Assembly (NCBI GenBank): GCA_964270895.1
Contig: OZ185445.1
DNA: 64,000 bases
DNA from: Podarcis filfolensis
Taxonomy: Eukaryota
Reading direction: 5' to 3' (one strand)
Part shown: piece by piece, positions 38,796 through 53,190 of the stretch
Position numbering within the stretch: the stretch's first letter is position 1
Layout: the number at the start of each line of letters is the position of its first letter
Made by a program: the position numbers and the translations under genes
The notes under the pieces: model-generated
What the model saw: the letters and a program-made list of their open reading frames with translations, nothing else
The model's database searches: none
What the model was told of the DNA's origin: nothing

Positions 38796-40545
38796 TGTTT
38801 CAAGCATGGACTTTCCCTGCCCTACCTGGATATGTTGGGGACTGAATCTGGGACAATCTGCATGTAAAACATGCACTCTTAACATTCACCTATTGCTCGT
38901 TACCTAACATCCTTCCCATAACATCCCTGGAGACAGCTTTTAAATGGTAAAAAGAAAGACACCCCCCAAGCTGTTTTTGGTGGCTGAATCACAGTTCCTG
39001 AAATGGTACCAAATCACCTCTCACAGAATAATTTAGAGAACTGGGCGGCCATTTCAATCCATTCAGCCATAGGTTATGCTAATGGTCTCCTTACATTATT
39101 TATTGTTGTAGCATCCACACAGCATTGTTGTCATATATATTTATATTTCCCAACAATATCCTTCGTGCACGCGCGCACACACACACACAAAATAAAATCT
39201 GGTTTATCCCCCTCTTAAAATCTGTTCTGTGGCAATCTCTCTTTCTAGTGTTGCAAACTGGGGCGGGGGGGGGGGGAGAGAGAAGATCAATGGAACATGG
39301 AACTTATTTTCTATCTAAAGGATGGATCCATGCCATCCTTCATTTTATTATTCACTGAGAGCATCTCTGACACAGACCTCCATAGGGCCGATGTGGCAAC
39401 TACTAAGAACTCTGCTCTAAACTTAAGCTCTTTGGTGAACCTAAGTCCTAGCTAGAGGCTTGAGGAGCGGTTCCATAAGTACCATTAGATACTGGGTTCC
39501 TCAGCATCACTCCCTTGAGAAATGTGCAAATGGTGGGTGGGATGTACCAAGATTGATTGCGCTCTGAATCTCATTTTGGGTACATACCTGCCTTTGCAGC
39601 TTGCTTTTGCTGAATACAGGCCTATTTGAAGGAAATCCACAGTCTCTGTAAATTCACACTTTGTCCACACAGAATCCTTCATTGGTACTCTGGAAAATGA
39701 ACTTTGTCTTGCAATCACTGTTACACATTCTGTTTTTGGAATCCCGACACTTAAAAACAATTGGTGTCCAAGACCCTCCTCAGAGAAACTTACATCATTT
39801 GTGTCTTTCTGCTCAGTGTCGTTGTAAGCTGGAGTGTGTTGTTGTATGAGTGGACCAGAACAGAAAACCTTGGTGACAACATCAATAACTGCTGTAGTTA
39901 ACTAGGGCCACATTGGCCAAAATATGCCCACTAGGATGACCACACATTCTATGGTCCCCAATTAGAGGCACAGGGACTAGAATAAAGACTTGTTTGTTGC
40001 AAGAACATCTGTGTGGTTTGCTTCCAGATAACTGACGATGGGTATGGTGCAGACTTAGCAGTTTTCTGTGCTTGCACGATGATCTAGAACCAGATTTCTG
40101 AAGCTTTCTGCATGATTTGTTTGAACACCAGGGGGACACAGTCTCCATTCTGGTAGTTCAGTTCTCCTGCTGCATATTCCACTCTTATATTGATGCCAAT
40201 TGAATCTTTGCCATTCTCGGAATCTCACTAGCTTCATTGTGAAGAGATCTCAATTTTGTTTCCCCTTGCCAGTTCGAAAAGCCTCTGCTCAGGTGTAAAT
40301 GCTGATAACTTCATTCTGGATATGCAAATACTGAATCCTATCCTTGAAGGGACATATAGTCAATCATCTGGCTCCCACGTACAGCATGGTGTTGGTCAAT
40401 TGGGCCCCTCTTTGCACCATGTGCCCTATGGAACCTGATTCTATTCATGTGCTTCCCAGATGAAAATTAGTTACGAATGTTCTGTGGGGTTTCCAAAAGG
40501 GCCCACCTTCAGATATAGTTCTTGAGCCTCAATCAATCGAGGTAT

Positions 40546-40791
40546 GATGAAGAGTTTGGATTTGATATCCCGCTTTATCACTACCCGAAGGAGTCTCAAA
40601 GCGGCTAACATTCTCCTTTCCCTTCCTCCCCCACAACAAACACTCTGTGAGGTGAGTGGGGCTGAGAGACTTCAAAGAAGTGTGACTAGCCCAAGGTCAC
40701 CCAGCAGCTAAATGTGGAGGAGCGGGGATGCGAACCTGGTTCATCAGATTACAAGTCTACCACTCTTAACCACTACACCACACTGGCTCTC
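40546..40791 (-). mobile_element. Squam3 SINE (Ther1/MIR-derived), full length, young
   Basis: Minus strand gagagccagtgtggtgtagtggttaagagtggtagacttgtaatctg...ggtgaccttgggctagtcac...gccgctttgagactccttcgggtagtg...atatcaaatccaaactcttc closely matches the recalled lacertid variant. Confidence 0.92.
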
Positions 40792-43369
40792 TCACTTTCC
40801 TTTTAACAATCACTACTTCATGTGATTGCTTTGTGATCTGACATTAGAAAAGTAATTAGAAACTACTGAAGTGGCTTTGTACATGCATGCTATTGAAATA
40901 CCAATATCTCTACAAACTTTGCAAGATGCACGAGGTCAATTGCACCTAGCTAAGATCTTAATACTTCTCACTCAATGCCTCTGCTCATTAGGGCAGTTGG
41001 TTGGTCACGATGAGAACAGGATTCAGTACTAGGTGGGCCACTGGCCTGACTGAGCAGGCTCTTCTTAACTTCTTATCTACTACTTCAGCAAAAGATGGGC
41101 AGCTATCTCCCACCGCCCCAACGCTGCTGGAAACCACATCGTGGATGAGACACATAGATATATAAAGTATAGGAAAAACCATTATGTTGCCTGAATAGAA
41201 GAATTCCTGGTGAATACCAAAAATCTATTTTAAAATTCATCCAAAGATGAAAGTGAAAACTACCCATAGAAATTAATGGAGAAATCAAAAATTTCAATGT
41301 AAATGGTGCTGGGCACAACCACAACCACATGACAACAGGCACAGAACTTGGAATGACCCCTGGAGAAAAATGGGAAAGCTGGCATAGGAGGGTGGAATGA
41401 AGTGGTTTGAACCCTCAACAGAAACAACCAACGCTGCAACACTTTTCTCCCAGAGTACCACTTGCACAAACTATTTAAAAACTCTTAATGCCGTCGCTGA
41501 CATGTAGGGTTATTTGCAAATGTAAAGTACAATTAATTGCTGGCCCTTTTAGTTCATAATATTTAGGGCTGTGGGTTATTAGAGGTGTTTTTAATTGATT
41601 AACTGTTTTGCTATTAACTGATTAATGAGCCAATTAAAATAAATATGACAGTATCTCAATACAGGTGATATATTGAGGAAATTTCATCACATCAACATTC
41701 TTTCAACTAAGTATCCATAATACATATTCAAGTATTTTTGCTGGTATAAAAAGGGAGCTGCTGACTCCACCCCCCCAACCTGCCCATCTCAAAATGCTTA
41801 AATGTGGGAGTCAGAGCCACATTGCACTTAATGAAAAGTTGTTATTGTCATTGCTTTTAATGCAAACAGCAATACCAGCTAGGCAGATGACAATTAGTGT
41901 GATTGCAGCAGGCAGGGAGGGGCATTTAACCCTTTCCCCCCTCCTGTGGTCGTGAAACTGGTATTTCTATTGGGAAGAAATCCCACAATGGGAGACGTAC
42001 AGCTGGTTTCTACATTTAAGTGAACAGGAATGTATGAATGAGCACAGGATCATCATGCATGTACCAGCCAACATTTACCAGGAAAGAGTTAAACATAGAT
42101 TGATTGCTATAATGCAATCCACTCTGAAACCCCCACTTCATAGACATATCTACAGGATAAATCCAATAAAACATATATATTTAATGTGTAGTTAATGAAA
42201 ACTGGCCTTTCTGTTCTCACCACCACCATCGTTAAAAGGGCCATTGTAAGTTTTTGCCCCAGTGCTTTGAATCTAACATAACCCGTGCTCTTCCCAGATG
42301 GTGAACAACATTTCAGAACTAAGGAAGTGGCACTTCCCCTCCTCCTGACTTTCAGAGGGTTCTTGCCTGAAAGAGGAAGAGCAGGATGGACAGAAAGCAG
42401 GGAGGGCAAGCAGCCAGAAGCAGTGGGCGAGAGGAGGCAAATGGGTGCAAGAGAGTCATACTGGTTATGTGGATAATAATCTCACTGAAGAATTATCTGC
42501 AAAATCACTTATAGTATCTAAGCTTATTATCTGTCACTACTAAGGTTTAAGTCCATTAAAAGAAAATTTACGGGCTTGTTTTTTAAATCTCTTTTGCAGA
42601 GAAAAATTGGTCACCTTGGTACAGTTATGCTGACAACACCTTGTATCTAGGTTTTTGCCATTGTGTTGGGTTAGTTAATGCATGGGTTGTAAATCCAACC
42701 CCATATGTTCCAGTAGTATGCTTCTTTTTTTAAAAAAAGAAGCAAAAATGCCCACATGTATTATATTGAAGAGATACATTCATTTTATTAGACATTATCT
42801 GGACTATTCTCCCCTAGATGGATTTGAAAAGCAAATAGATGGGAGCTATCCACATTTCAACCTCAGCCTCTGTATTTGATAAGATCAGCTTTCCTATTAT
42901 ATCAAAATGCAAACCCTTCCAGAGCCAAGCTACTTCTTTTATTACAGAAAGAAAACAGTTTTTTATATAAAAAATCTCCAATAAAAATGCAGACAGATGG
43001 TTACATTCCATCATTAACTTCAAAACAAAATAAAAATATTAACTTCTCCACTGCTACTAAACATACCAAGACGAATCCTGTGTCTGGTAGAAAGACACTT
43101 CATCATAAGCTGAAAAGAACAATAATGTGCCCTTCTCTCTTTGTTATTATTTACTATTATTATTAAATACCAAGAGCTCAGAGCTATTAGGAGATAAGGA
43201 AAAAAGTATAAGCTAAACGGAGAAAGGCATCTGAGACCTGGAGCGTTCCACTGTTGCCATGATGAATCCACATTGACATTTCTCCCCTGCCTCTTTAAAA
43301 GCACTGAGGGACTGTTCAATATTAACAATAACAGCAACCTATAACTCCACGCCCCAAAAATATTTTGCC

Positions 43370-43793
43370 CAGGGTCATCTAGTCCAACCCCCTGCAAGGC
43401 AGGAATCTCAACTAAAATATCCATGACAGGTGGTCATCCAACCTCTGCTTTAAAACCTCCAAGGAAGGAGAGACCACCCCCTTCCAAGGGAGACTGTTCC
43501 ACTGTTGAAAAGCTCTTCCCACCAAAAAGCTTTCTCCTGATGTTCAGTTGGAATCTTCTTTCTTGTTACTTGAAGCTATTGGTTAGGGTCCTACCCTCCA
43601 AGTCCTACCACAGTCTGGTGTCATCTGCAAATTAGATGAGCACCCCTCAAAATCCCCTCATCCAAGTTGTTTATAAAGACGTTGATCAACAGGTGTAGGA
43701 CAGAACACTGGGGCACCCCACTTGTCGCTTTTCCCCAGTATGATGAGGAACCATTAGTGAGCGCTCTTTGGGTTCAGTCAGTCAGCCAGCTAT
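43370..43793 (-). mobile_element. CR1 LINE 3' portion with an internal deletion
   Basis: ggtcatctagtccaaccccctgc (antisense CR1 tail), then a jump near 43600 to gtgtcatctgcaaattagat (antisense of an FADDT-like RT region). Confidence 0.88.
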
Positions 43794-44345
43794 AAAAGAC
43801 ACTCAACTGGATATTTGTTTACTGATTCTGTAGAGGTCAAAGGCAATGGTTTTAGGTGGTATCCAATGCTGCTCTCTCCGTTGATGGAAGATATCCATCA
43901 GAGGCATGCAGACAGAAACAGTATTTGGCGATTCCTCCTCTCCCAATGCACTGCTTGAATCTATTTAGCAGGGTCTCCCAAACATCTGGAGAAGATTTAA
44001 GGAGAGGGAATAAGAGGGGGATACCTTCTCCAAAAGCCTTTTTATCCTCTACCTTAGGGAGGGATGGGAGACTGCAGTGGGAAGGGTGCATCTCTGAAAA
44101 CTGCCTCCCTCCCCTTTCTGTTAACTGATACCTTCCATCAGCAGAGGAGACAACGCTGGGTAGCACTCTCGTTTGAAGAAATTACACTTTCTAGATGCAA
44201 CATGCTGGCTTCCTTGAACCTTATCTGCCTCTCTAATGGGATGCTATACGTGCATATACTCCTGTTAAGAGAGCTTATTCCATGTTGTGACTGTTTATTA
44301 CTGCAGCATTGAGGCTTGGGTTTAGGGACAAAGGAAAATGGAAAG

Positions 44346-44491
44346 TTGCCTTATGCTGAGCCATTGGTCCGTCTAGCTCAGTTTCGGGCAACAGTTCTTC
44401 ATGATTTTAGGTCAACTCTACCTGGAGATTCTGGAGGTGGAAGCTGGCACCTTTTGCACGCAAAGAAGATGCCCTACCACTGAGCTACGAC
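44346..44491 (-). mobile_element. tRNA-derived SINE (Squam2-like), degenerate
   Basis: gccttatgctgagccattggtccgtctagctcag...ctaccactgagctac. Confidence 0.65.
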
Positions 44492-47010
44492 TATTCTTGC
44501 CCGCATGGTAGTCAATGCAAACTGATAAATCAGTAACATTATCAGGAAAGATCCTCTAACTTTCTGCTGCAGTGTTGCCCACAGCTGTACATGCAATAAA
44601 GCCCATTTAGTAGGCTTCAGTGCAGCCATCATTTCTGGCCTTTTCTTTCCCCCATTTTTTAATTTCAAGTTCTACACTCAGGATGCCACAAAGAGAATTA
44701 CAGGTTAAGCTTCTGAACAACTGGAGAATGTGGCTCAGCAGGGGGGAATGCTATTCTTGGACATTAGAAGCAGCTGTGTTTATTTTCAGTGACCAGGATA
44801 TTACTAAGGTAGTGTTTCTTTTCGATTCAGAGGGTCACATTTTTTCCAGAATACCCGTGTTCCTCTTAGCATTGAATTTCATTGTTATACTTCCGCAGCA
44901 ATGACAAAGGAGGCAAGGACCTCTTTGACACACTTCCAGGTGAGTTGTCCCACACCAGCTAATTATAATTATACTGCATATAAAACGGCACTTATTTCAA
45001 TCAATTCAGCAAGTGTTGGTCTGATGCCTAACCCTCAAGTCAGTATGATCCACAGCCCTGATCCTATGCATGTTTCCTCAGAAACAAGGCCCACGGAGTT
45101 CAGTTGGGCTTGCTTCCAAGTTAAATGTGCACAGGGTCACAGTCTGCATCAATTTAAACCTGTACTTCGGTGTAATTAGTGTATAATCTGGAGTCAACAG
45201 CATCCAGGAAAAAAAGAAATAAAAGAAAACTTAGTACAGTCTAGGGCAGGGCACTTATTAATATTGATTTTACCACTTTGGGAGTTTTTACCAGGAAATT
45301 AGAGAAATAAACATCACACTAGCATGCCTATACAGGAATGCAGCCTGTTCAACTTCAACCTGATTTGCACCTATATACTGAACCATTCACACAACCAGGA
45401 ACCCCTTCATAAAAAGTGATGTCAAAGATGGGAATAACAATACAGTCACAGCATTCCAGTCAGGACTCTGTCTGTGAACCTGTGCAGGACTCAGCATGGC
45501 CAAAAGGACTCTGAGTAATAGTCTATAACTTTAGCTGCTTCAGCCTTTGAGCAATTTGTGTCTTGCTTTTTCTATTTATGTATTTTGGTTCTGAGCTGTT
45601 AAAAAAATGAAGTCTCCTACATTTCAACACTGTCTTAAAAAAAAATATACCAATGCAAAATGTGTACAAGCTTTGTACGGCAAAGGTTAACGTAACATTA
45701 CTTATTTTTATTTATTATCAAATAATAAGTAATGCTATTTATTATTAAATTAATTTCATTTCAATTTATTTATTTATTACTAAAAGTATCCCAGTTTTTG
45801 CTTCAGATTGTGGCACTCGTGGCATCTTGCATCAACAAAATCATATATATGTGTGTGTGTGTATGAATGAAAATATTTGCCTTTACGTGCAATCAAAGTT
45901 TAGAATCTGAACCTACTGACTGAATGAAGTAACCACAATTTGAGCAAGTAACAAAAACCTAACAGCATGTATCCATTGTAAACAACTGAAGATCCAGACT
46001 GTGCTACAAGTGAGACACCACCACCAAGTCTTGATGGGAGTAAATTTTACTTGCCATGAAATGGTGCAGCAGCTGTGGAGCTTTATTGTTCACCGGAGGG
46101 TCTCAAATGGCTTGCTGGAGACGCATGCCACTCTAACACTGACAGCTGTAGCCAAAACATGTGCCTTTGGCATGAGCCACAGGAGTGTGGTGAAGAACAT
46201 CAACAAAGGATATCCTCGCAGTAGGCTTGGGAATCCAAACTGGAGATGATTTTAGAATATCCTCTATTGCCTGAAGGAGTGCAGTATAAGGGAGAGTGAG
46301 GACCAGGGTGCTGACTGGTCTTGGCAGACCCATGTGATGGGCTTCTCCCACATGGTTGGAAGGATGTTCAGATGCACTCCTCAGTGACATGGAATCACCC
46401 CACAGGGAAGCAGCTCCTATCATTTCACAAATGAGGCCAAGTGTGGGGACCTGGTGAGACTCAAGTATCTGTGAGTGCCCCAACAGCCACCCACAGAAGC
46501 CAAAGATCTAAATTTAGGGTGCTTATGCATTCTTAGTCTCTACAGCCATTGCTTGGATTCCTGTACGTCCCAGAAGCCTGGGAAGAAGGAATTTAATGGA
46601 GCTGCATAATGAGGCCCTCTGTGTCCTATAATGGATCAGGGGTTCGCCTGAGCATCCTGTTTTGGACAGCAGCTTCCTCTAATTCCTCCAATTTCAGCCT
46701 CTTCCTGCAATTACTTTTTATCTGCTTCTAGAAAGCAGCCAATATGGAGCTGAGTATACCTCCAATGAGAGGTGGGGTGACTTCTGAGAAGACCCTGTTC
46801 CAAGTGGAGACCAGATGGAACACTGAGCAGCTTCTTTGGAAGATCTCAAAGCATCTGGGCGGCATTATATGACTCCATATCAATTGTATAGTATTACTGA
46901 GTACAGCTTCAAACATTCAGTAAAAGACTATATTATATATATTAAATAAATGTATAAATGCATATAAATTGCATACACAGGATGGTTTGTAGAAGACAAT
47001 ATTTCATAGA

Positions 47011-47115
47011 CCAGGGGTAGCCAACATTGCTGGACTCCCACTGCCATCAGCCCAATCATGAATGACAGGAATTTTCCCCCAGCAACATCTGGAGGGCACT
47101 ACATTGACCAGCCAC
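47011..47115. mobile_element. Old hAT-type MITE remnant
   Basis: caggggtagccaac...gcaacatctggagggcac, related to the 3347/62487 family. Confidence 0.45.
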
Positions 47116-47941
47116 AATGCTCAACCCCATCGTGGATGAGCAGAAAGTGCTTCCATATATAGCAGCGTTGATAGTTTTCATTTACAGGCAATATGTTCTA
47201 CCACTCCCAACTTGCTCATTGGATCAGCTGCACAGTCTACTCATTCACCATACCATCTAACACTCCTAAAATATATTCTGTCCCGAAACAATGGAAAGGG
47301 GAGAAGTGAAGGGACCAAAGAGATATAAGAGAAAGGAATTTATCTTCTGAATTCCTTGCTTTTATTTGATTTAATGCTATCTCAATACAACATTTATGTG
47401 TTTTTATGTGCAGAGAGCAGGAAGGAGATTTGATAATAGGCAGAGATAACTTGCCACGAGAGCAAGAAGAAATCTACTTATTTGACTAATCAAAAAACAT
47501 ACTTAGTGATTTGTAACAGAAGAGTAAAATGAACTCTTGCGTCTCAAGAGGTCTGCAATATGATCTTCACAAAAGGTAGCTTGCCAATTTAATTGAGGTA
47601 GTAGTTATTTAATTTTTTTATAGATAGGTATAGCTTTCAATAAAACCACATATGCCTATAACACTGCAATGGCAGATGTGTCTCGATTATTAGAGGTGGG
47701 CTCTAGGGAATATATACAACCAATCTTGAAATCTGTAAGCAGCTGTTTGGAAGAGGGGGGTGAAACATTGCAACACACACACACGTTCCTTAAGTGCAGT
47801 AATGTTTTGTTATTTTACTGCAGGTGTATTACAGAGATGAAATTTAATAACTTATTGTATACAATACCAATAAAGCAGGAAAGATTCCAGGCCCTGATGT
47901 TCATGAATAAAGTACAAATTAAGAGACAGATAGTGTGAAAT

Positions 47942-47942
47942 T

Positions 47943-47997
<55 letters not shown>

Positions 47998-48001
47998 AGG
48001 G
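47942..48001. repeat. Compound (TG)n(AG)n(G)n microsatellite
   Basis: Direct reading. Confidence 0.97.
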
Positions 48002-48863
48002 AATATTTGTCACCTGATTGCTATTAATTTTAATGATGTGGTGCAAAGCAAGAGTTTGCAAAGGCTGATGATCACAGCACTCATCTACATCCAACAGTAA
48101 GCATGTGTGCACACTGGTTACAGCAGGGTGGGATGTGGGTAAAATAAAATAAAATAAATGACTACCAGTGATCTGATTCAGGAGACACGAGTTAAAATCC
48201 CCAGCAACTATGAAAATCAGTGTGCAATGTGTGGCCAGCCACTGTACCTCACCCTAACGATCCTCACAGGGGTGTTGTAAGGACAGAAATGTGGGACAGG
48301 AAAGAATGAGGGACACCACCGCTAGCTCTTTAGAATATTTAAATGCAATATACAATTTTCAATAAAGCAAAAATCACTTTGGTACACTAACGGGATTTGC
48401 CAGAAGCTATTAATTGTTTGACATAACAATATCTTATTTGACTTAACAATATATTATTTATTGATTTCTGTTTAATTTATTTCTGATCCATATACTGTAC
48501 ATTTTATTTTACGGATTAATTGTGATATCGGCTGCCCTGGGAATTTGTTTTGTGACAGGCGGATAATAAATTAGTTTTAAAAATAAATGAAACCTACACA
48601 ACTCATCAAATACCTCTTAAAGGCTACCAGTCATGGTTTCACTAGTCTCACATAATTATTTCTGCCAGGACAGAAGCCTTATTCCTTTTTTTGGGTCGGT
48701 AAATTAGAGGGAGGTCTACATGTTACACACATACATAGGAAACAGAAGCCCCAAACCTGCTTTTCCTAGAGAAGAGCAGCTTTGGGAGAAACGCAGAGTA
48801 TCTGTCTAGTTGAAGTAGGCTACTGCCAACTTCCTTCTGAACATTAGAATACCTTCTCTCTTA

Positions 48864-49208
48864 AAGGGGACCCCTGACCATTAGGTCCAGTTGTGGCCGA
48901 CTCTGGGGTTGCAGCGCTCATCTCACTTTATTGGCCGAGGGAGCCGGCGTACAGCTTCTGGGTCATGTGGCCAGCACGACTAAGACGCTTCTGGCAAACC
49001 AGAGCAGCGCACGGAAATGCCGTTTACCTTCTCGCCGGAGCGGTACCTATTTATCTACTTGCAATTTGATGTGCTTTCAAACTGCTAGGTTGGCAGGAGC
49101 TGGGACCGAGCAACTGGAGCTCACCTCATCGCGGGGATTCGAACCACCGACTTTCTGATCGGCAAGTCCTAGGCTCTGTGGTTTAACCCACAGCGCCACC
49201 CACGTCCC
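48864..49208 (-). mobile_element. Sauria SINE (Squam1), full length, young
   Basis: Minus strand gggacgtgggtggcgctgtgggttaaacc...ggttcgaatccccgc...ggacctaatggtcaggggtccccttta; 14-bp TSD TA(C/T)CTTCTCTCTTA at 48850-48863 and 49209-49222 (13/14 identical). Confidence 0.97.
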
Positions 49209-49899
49209 TATCTTCTCTCTTACCAGAAGGTAATACTTTCCAGAAATCAAGTCAGAAGCTGGATTTGTTCAACCTCCATGTTTTACTTAAAAGCAACAAA
49301 ATTCCTTACCTAATTCCTCAAATGTTAAATTAAACTGCAACTAATTTAAATATTAAATTAAACTGAGGTCAGCAAGTTCTTGCCGAGTGAACTGCAACTC
49401 TATTGAAATGTGTCAGGTTTCTATCATTGGCTTCAATGGAATGTGAACTGCACCATAGTTTACTGTGACCCTTTCCTTTCCTTGGGCATATATATCCATA
49501 GATATCATTGAGAGATGATTCTTGCACTTCCCTTCAGTTTTAATGATGGAACTTCCCCAGCTCTTCTTCAACATCTCTAAAGACAGTTAAGAATTTTCCA
49601 TTAGTGGTTTCCTGGCCACAACGTCCATTGCAGTCCTGGTGTTCTCCTCTCACTAAGAAAGAGGAATCTCACAACAAGGGTGGGTGAAAAGAAGGTTGGA
49701 GCCATTGAGGCCTTTCTTTACCATCCTAACAGCTTTCCTTTCCCTTGTTCCCTTTAGCATCAGAATTTGTATGGGACTGTGAAGGTTTTCTACCAGAAAT
49801 TGTAACTGCCTGCTCTTTTAGAGAATTATAAGACATGGCTAGGATAACTAAAGTTTTTTAAGTCAGAAAAGCTTGGTGTAAGCTGGAAATTTTTCTAAC

Positions 49900-49995
49900 T
49901 AACAGCACAATCTGAACCATGTCTACCAGAAATAAGCCCTGTTAAATTCAGTGAAGCTTACTGCTAGGTAAGTGTATTTACGATTTCAGCCTTAA
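49900..49995. repeat. ~100-bp short palindromic interspersed element (MITE-like)
   Basis: Reverse-orientation relative of 38193-38288. Confidence 0.5.
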
Positions 49996-50761
49996 CCATT
50001 AAGAGTAAGATAACTTTCTGAATCTTAGCCGGTCTCTTTTTGACCTACCTTTTCCTAAACGGCCAGGGGTGGGGAATGTGGCACTCTCAGCGCCATTAAG
50101 ACCCGTCAGCTGAATTGAAGACACTCGTAAAGTCTTTCTTTTTTTAATTTTGCAAATAACGAAGTTAATACAGTAAACAATCAAAATATGTATACACGGT
50201 AACTATTATAAGAATCAATTTGCAGTTTAACTGGTAGTATCTGAATGTTTAACTAAAATACCGAACAATGCATTTTTAACACCAAGTGGATCATATTTAT
50301 AAATGTTCCTCTGTGATAAATATTCCGAATTGACTTATCGGGAAGCTTTATGTTCACTTTTTGATGCATGTAAAGTGAAATAAATGTCGTATTGCTAGTA
50401 TTACATTGCAGTGATATTATAACTTTCATAATGATTACATACTGTTATTATAGACTGCTTATTTCCTGTGAATCATTTCAGTACAAAATTATTTACGGAA
50501 AATGCAGCATATAAACTGCCTATGGTAAAATCTTCCTGAAAATAGAAAGCAGGCAAAGAGTGGGGCTGAAACCTTTCTCCCTGAGTTTTTCATTTGTTCC
50601 CTGAGTTTTCTATTTGCATAGGGTGTTTTGTTGTTGTTGTTGTTTTACATAAAGTGTCATCAACCACCTATATTCTGAAGTATTCTGAAGTAGCATACTG
50701 CATTTCTATAGCCTTGTTAGGATTAATTTCGGCTCCATGTTCAGCCTCATTCCCAGTATAT

Positions 50762-50912
50762 GAGAGGTGGTGGGCTCTCCCTCCTTGAAGTTTTGAAAGC
50801 AGAGGCTGGATGGCCATCTGCCATGCATGATCTAGTTGAGATTGCTGTATTGCAGGGGGTTGGACTAGATGACCCGTAGGGTCCCTTCCAACTCTACGAT
50901 TCCATGATTCTA
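50762..50912 (+). mobile_element. CR1 LINE 3' end (5'-truncated)
   Basis: ctctccctccttgaagtttt...gggggttggactagatgacc...cccttccaactctacgattccatgattcta. Confidence 0.92.
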
Positions 50913-51959
50913 CAAGTAGTTATTGCTTGACTGTTGGTGATGCGTTCTGAACAAAAGTGAAGGCAAAACACTGAGGAAGCTCAGTGGTGGTACACAATGG
51001 AAGGAAAAGGTGTACTACTTGATCCCTGCTGTTGAGTGGTGACTAAGAGCGAGAGGCACTGATATGCATACTGCCAAGGCCACTGCATGAGTGCAATATG
51101 CCTGTGCAGTAACTTGCAGTGACCAGCACAAACCACTGATGTAATCAGCTTATGTCATCCCGGCTCATCCAGTGCCACCTGCTAGTATCAACACAAACCA
51201 TTAAGTAGTGAAGCTTGTCCATCTCATGTTGCTTAAAGCATGGTGCTTCCTAGTTTGTATGCCATGGGGGAAAGAGGTGCAACAGATATTGATGCATTGA
51301 CGTCGTGGTCTCACAGCAAGAAGAGTTTATTTGCTTGCAATGGTTTTAGTGACTCGCTCACAAGTAGAAAAAGAGAACGTAAGAAGCTGGTTTTTGTTTT
51401 GGGATTTTTCTTTTCTTTTGTTTTTTTGCTGTAAGCATCTAGTTATATTTGTTTGGGCACTCAGATCTACAAATCTTAGCTCTAATAAGAGTAATTTCCA
51501 TTCACCTTTCAGGTCCTGTGGAATTTTCCCATTTATAAGCCTCCTTTAATCTCTGCTTGGACATTTTGCAACAAATCGAAGATGGCAGGCAGCCTCTCGC
51601 TCTGCAAAAATAGTTATTTCTTGACTATATTTTGCTATAATGAAGTTTTGCTGTATTTTAGTAACAGGATGTTAAAATAAATATATTGATAGTTCCTGCA
51701 CGGTCCATGAACTTTCTGCTTCCCCTAAACATTTCACCGGGTAGACAGGTTGTCAATGAATGGTTCAAAAATATTAAATAATTTATGACAGACTCCTACA
51801 CATGGGGGCACGTGGCTTTAGGGTTACAACATTAGTACCTTTCCTCCAGAAGATTGATGATAAAAACTATTCATTGGCTAACAGTAAATATTTTGATTAC
51901 TGTATATTTTCTAAGCATAGTTCAAAGCTCCAGTGCTAACCATTAAGGCCATATATAGT

Positions 51960-52120
51960 TCACAAGAACTTGCCCGCATATTGAGTCATCTTCTGACGTC
52001 CTTCTCTAGGCAGCCCCACCTTCAGAAGTTCGGTGGATGGTGCCCCAAGAAAGGGCCTTTTCAGTTGTGGTGAACGATCAAGTAACATCCTCCCTGGGCA
52101 TAAAGGTCTAAATAAACAGA
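51960..52120 (+). mobile_element. L2 LINE C-terminal fragment
   Basis: agaaagggccttttcagttgtgg (RAFSVV-like), also seen in antisense at 27600-27640. Confidence 0.55.
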
Positions 52121-52919
52121 GAGTTAGGGAATTTGCTATCATGTGATGGTGGGTGGGACAAATACCTTTGAGAGGGGATTATACATTCATGGAGGACAGA
52201 TGGAGCATCAGTCACAGTAGTGAAATGAAACCCCCATTTCAGGAGTGGAGCACTTGAGGGACGAACAATGAGATATTAGCTTCATGCCGTGCCTGTGGTC
52301 CTCTGGCAGGCAGTTGACTGTATATTCGGCATGTTTATATTTTATTATCAGGTGGACTTTATTTTCATTGGTGATTATAAGCTACTTTGTAGAGGAAGTG
52401 TCTCAAACATGGGGTATATAATAATAAATAAAATAAATACGGATGGAAAAAATATTCCTTTTGCCTGGTCTAGCAGGACTCATCTTATGTTCTTAAAGTA
52501 TGAAACATCTCTTGCTTCTTATAGTTCAAAAGTAAACATTATTTTATTGATATGTAGAACTGCATAACCACATTTTGAGTAAAGTTTTATAGGCCTTTTG
52601 CAACCCGCTAAAAATACATCAGGACTTGGATCTGGCCCTAGTCACCCTAAGCTAACCACTTTCAAGCACGACCAAAAGAACTTTATTTATTTATGAACTT
52701 ATACGCTGCTTTTCAAAGCAAAACATAAAAATAAAAAAGCCTTCAGAAAGCTTCTTACAATATTCAGCTAGCAGTAAATACAAAAAACAAAAAAAAAACC
52801 GTTGACTATTGCAAACAATACAATAATGTAAATTCATTTTATTTTATTTTTTTTACAAAACTCCAATGAATTCTTATCAGCGAAAAGGCTTGTCTTTCTG
52901 GGAAGGTATGTAGAAACAA

Positions 52920-53190
52920 AACAAGTGTCCAGCATACGACAAAAAGTACAGATAGCTGTTGCCTATCTAATTTCAAGGGGAAGCAGATTCCAAAATGCAA
53001 GGGACACTATGCAAAAGGCTCGAGTCTTAACAGTCACAGGGCAAGTCTCCAGCTTATGTGGAACCCCAAAGGCCCCCCAGTTGATCATTATCACTGGGGC
53101 TGGGATTTAGGGGCTAAGGTGATCCCTCAGAAACCCTGATCCCAAGTTATTTAGTGCTTCGTATGGTAACATCAAAACCTTGAACTTTCA
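52920..53190 (-). mobile_element. L2 LINE C-terminal fragment
   Basis: ggggaagcagattccaaaatgcaagggacact...aaaggc and atcaaaaccttgaact are typical antisense L2 segments. Confidence 0.55.

Noticed and set aside
39480-40440. Possible RTE-type LINE remnant (LGHI...HILWSP-like)
   Set aside because: Only a weak frameshifted motif resemblance; it needs a profile search before being called.
46001-46483. Overlapping 82- and 116-aa ORFs in GC-richer sequence
   Set aside because: No splice context or recognisable domain; probably a decayed repeat that I cannot assign.
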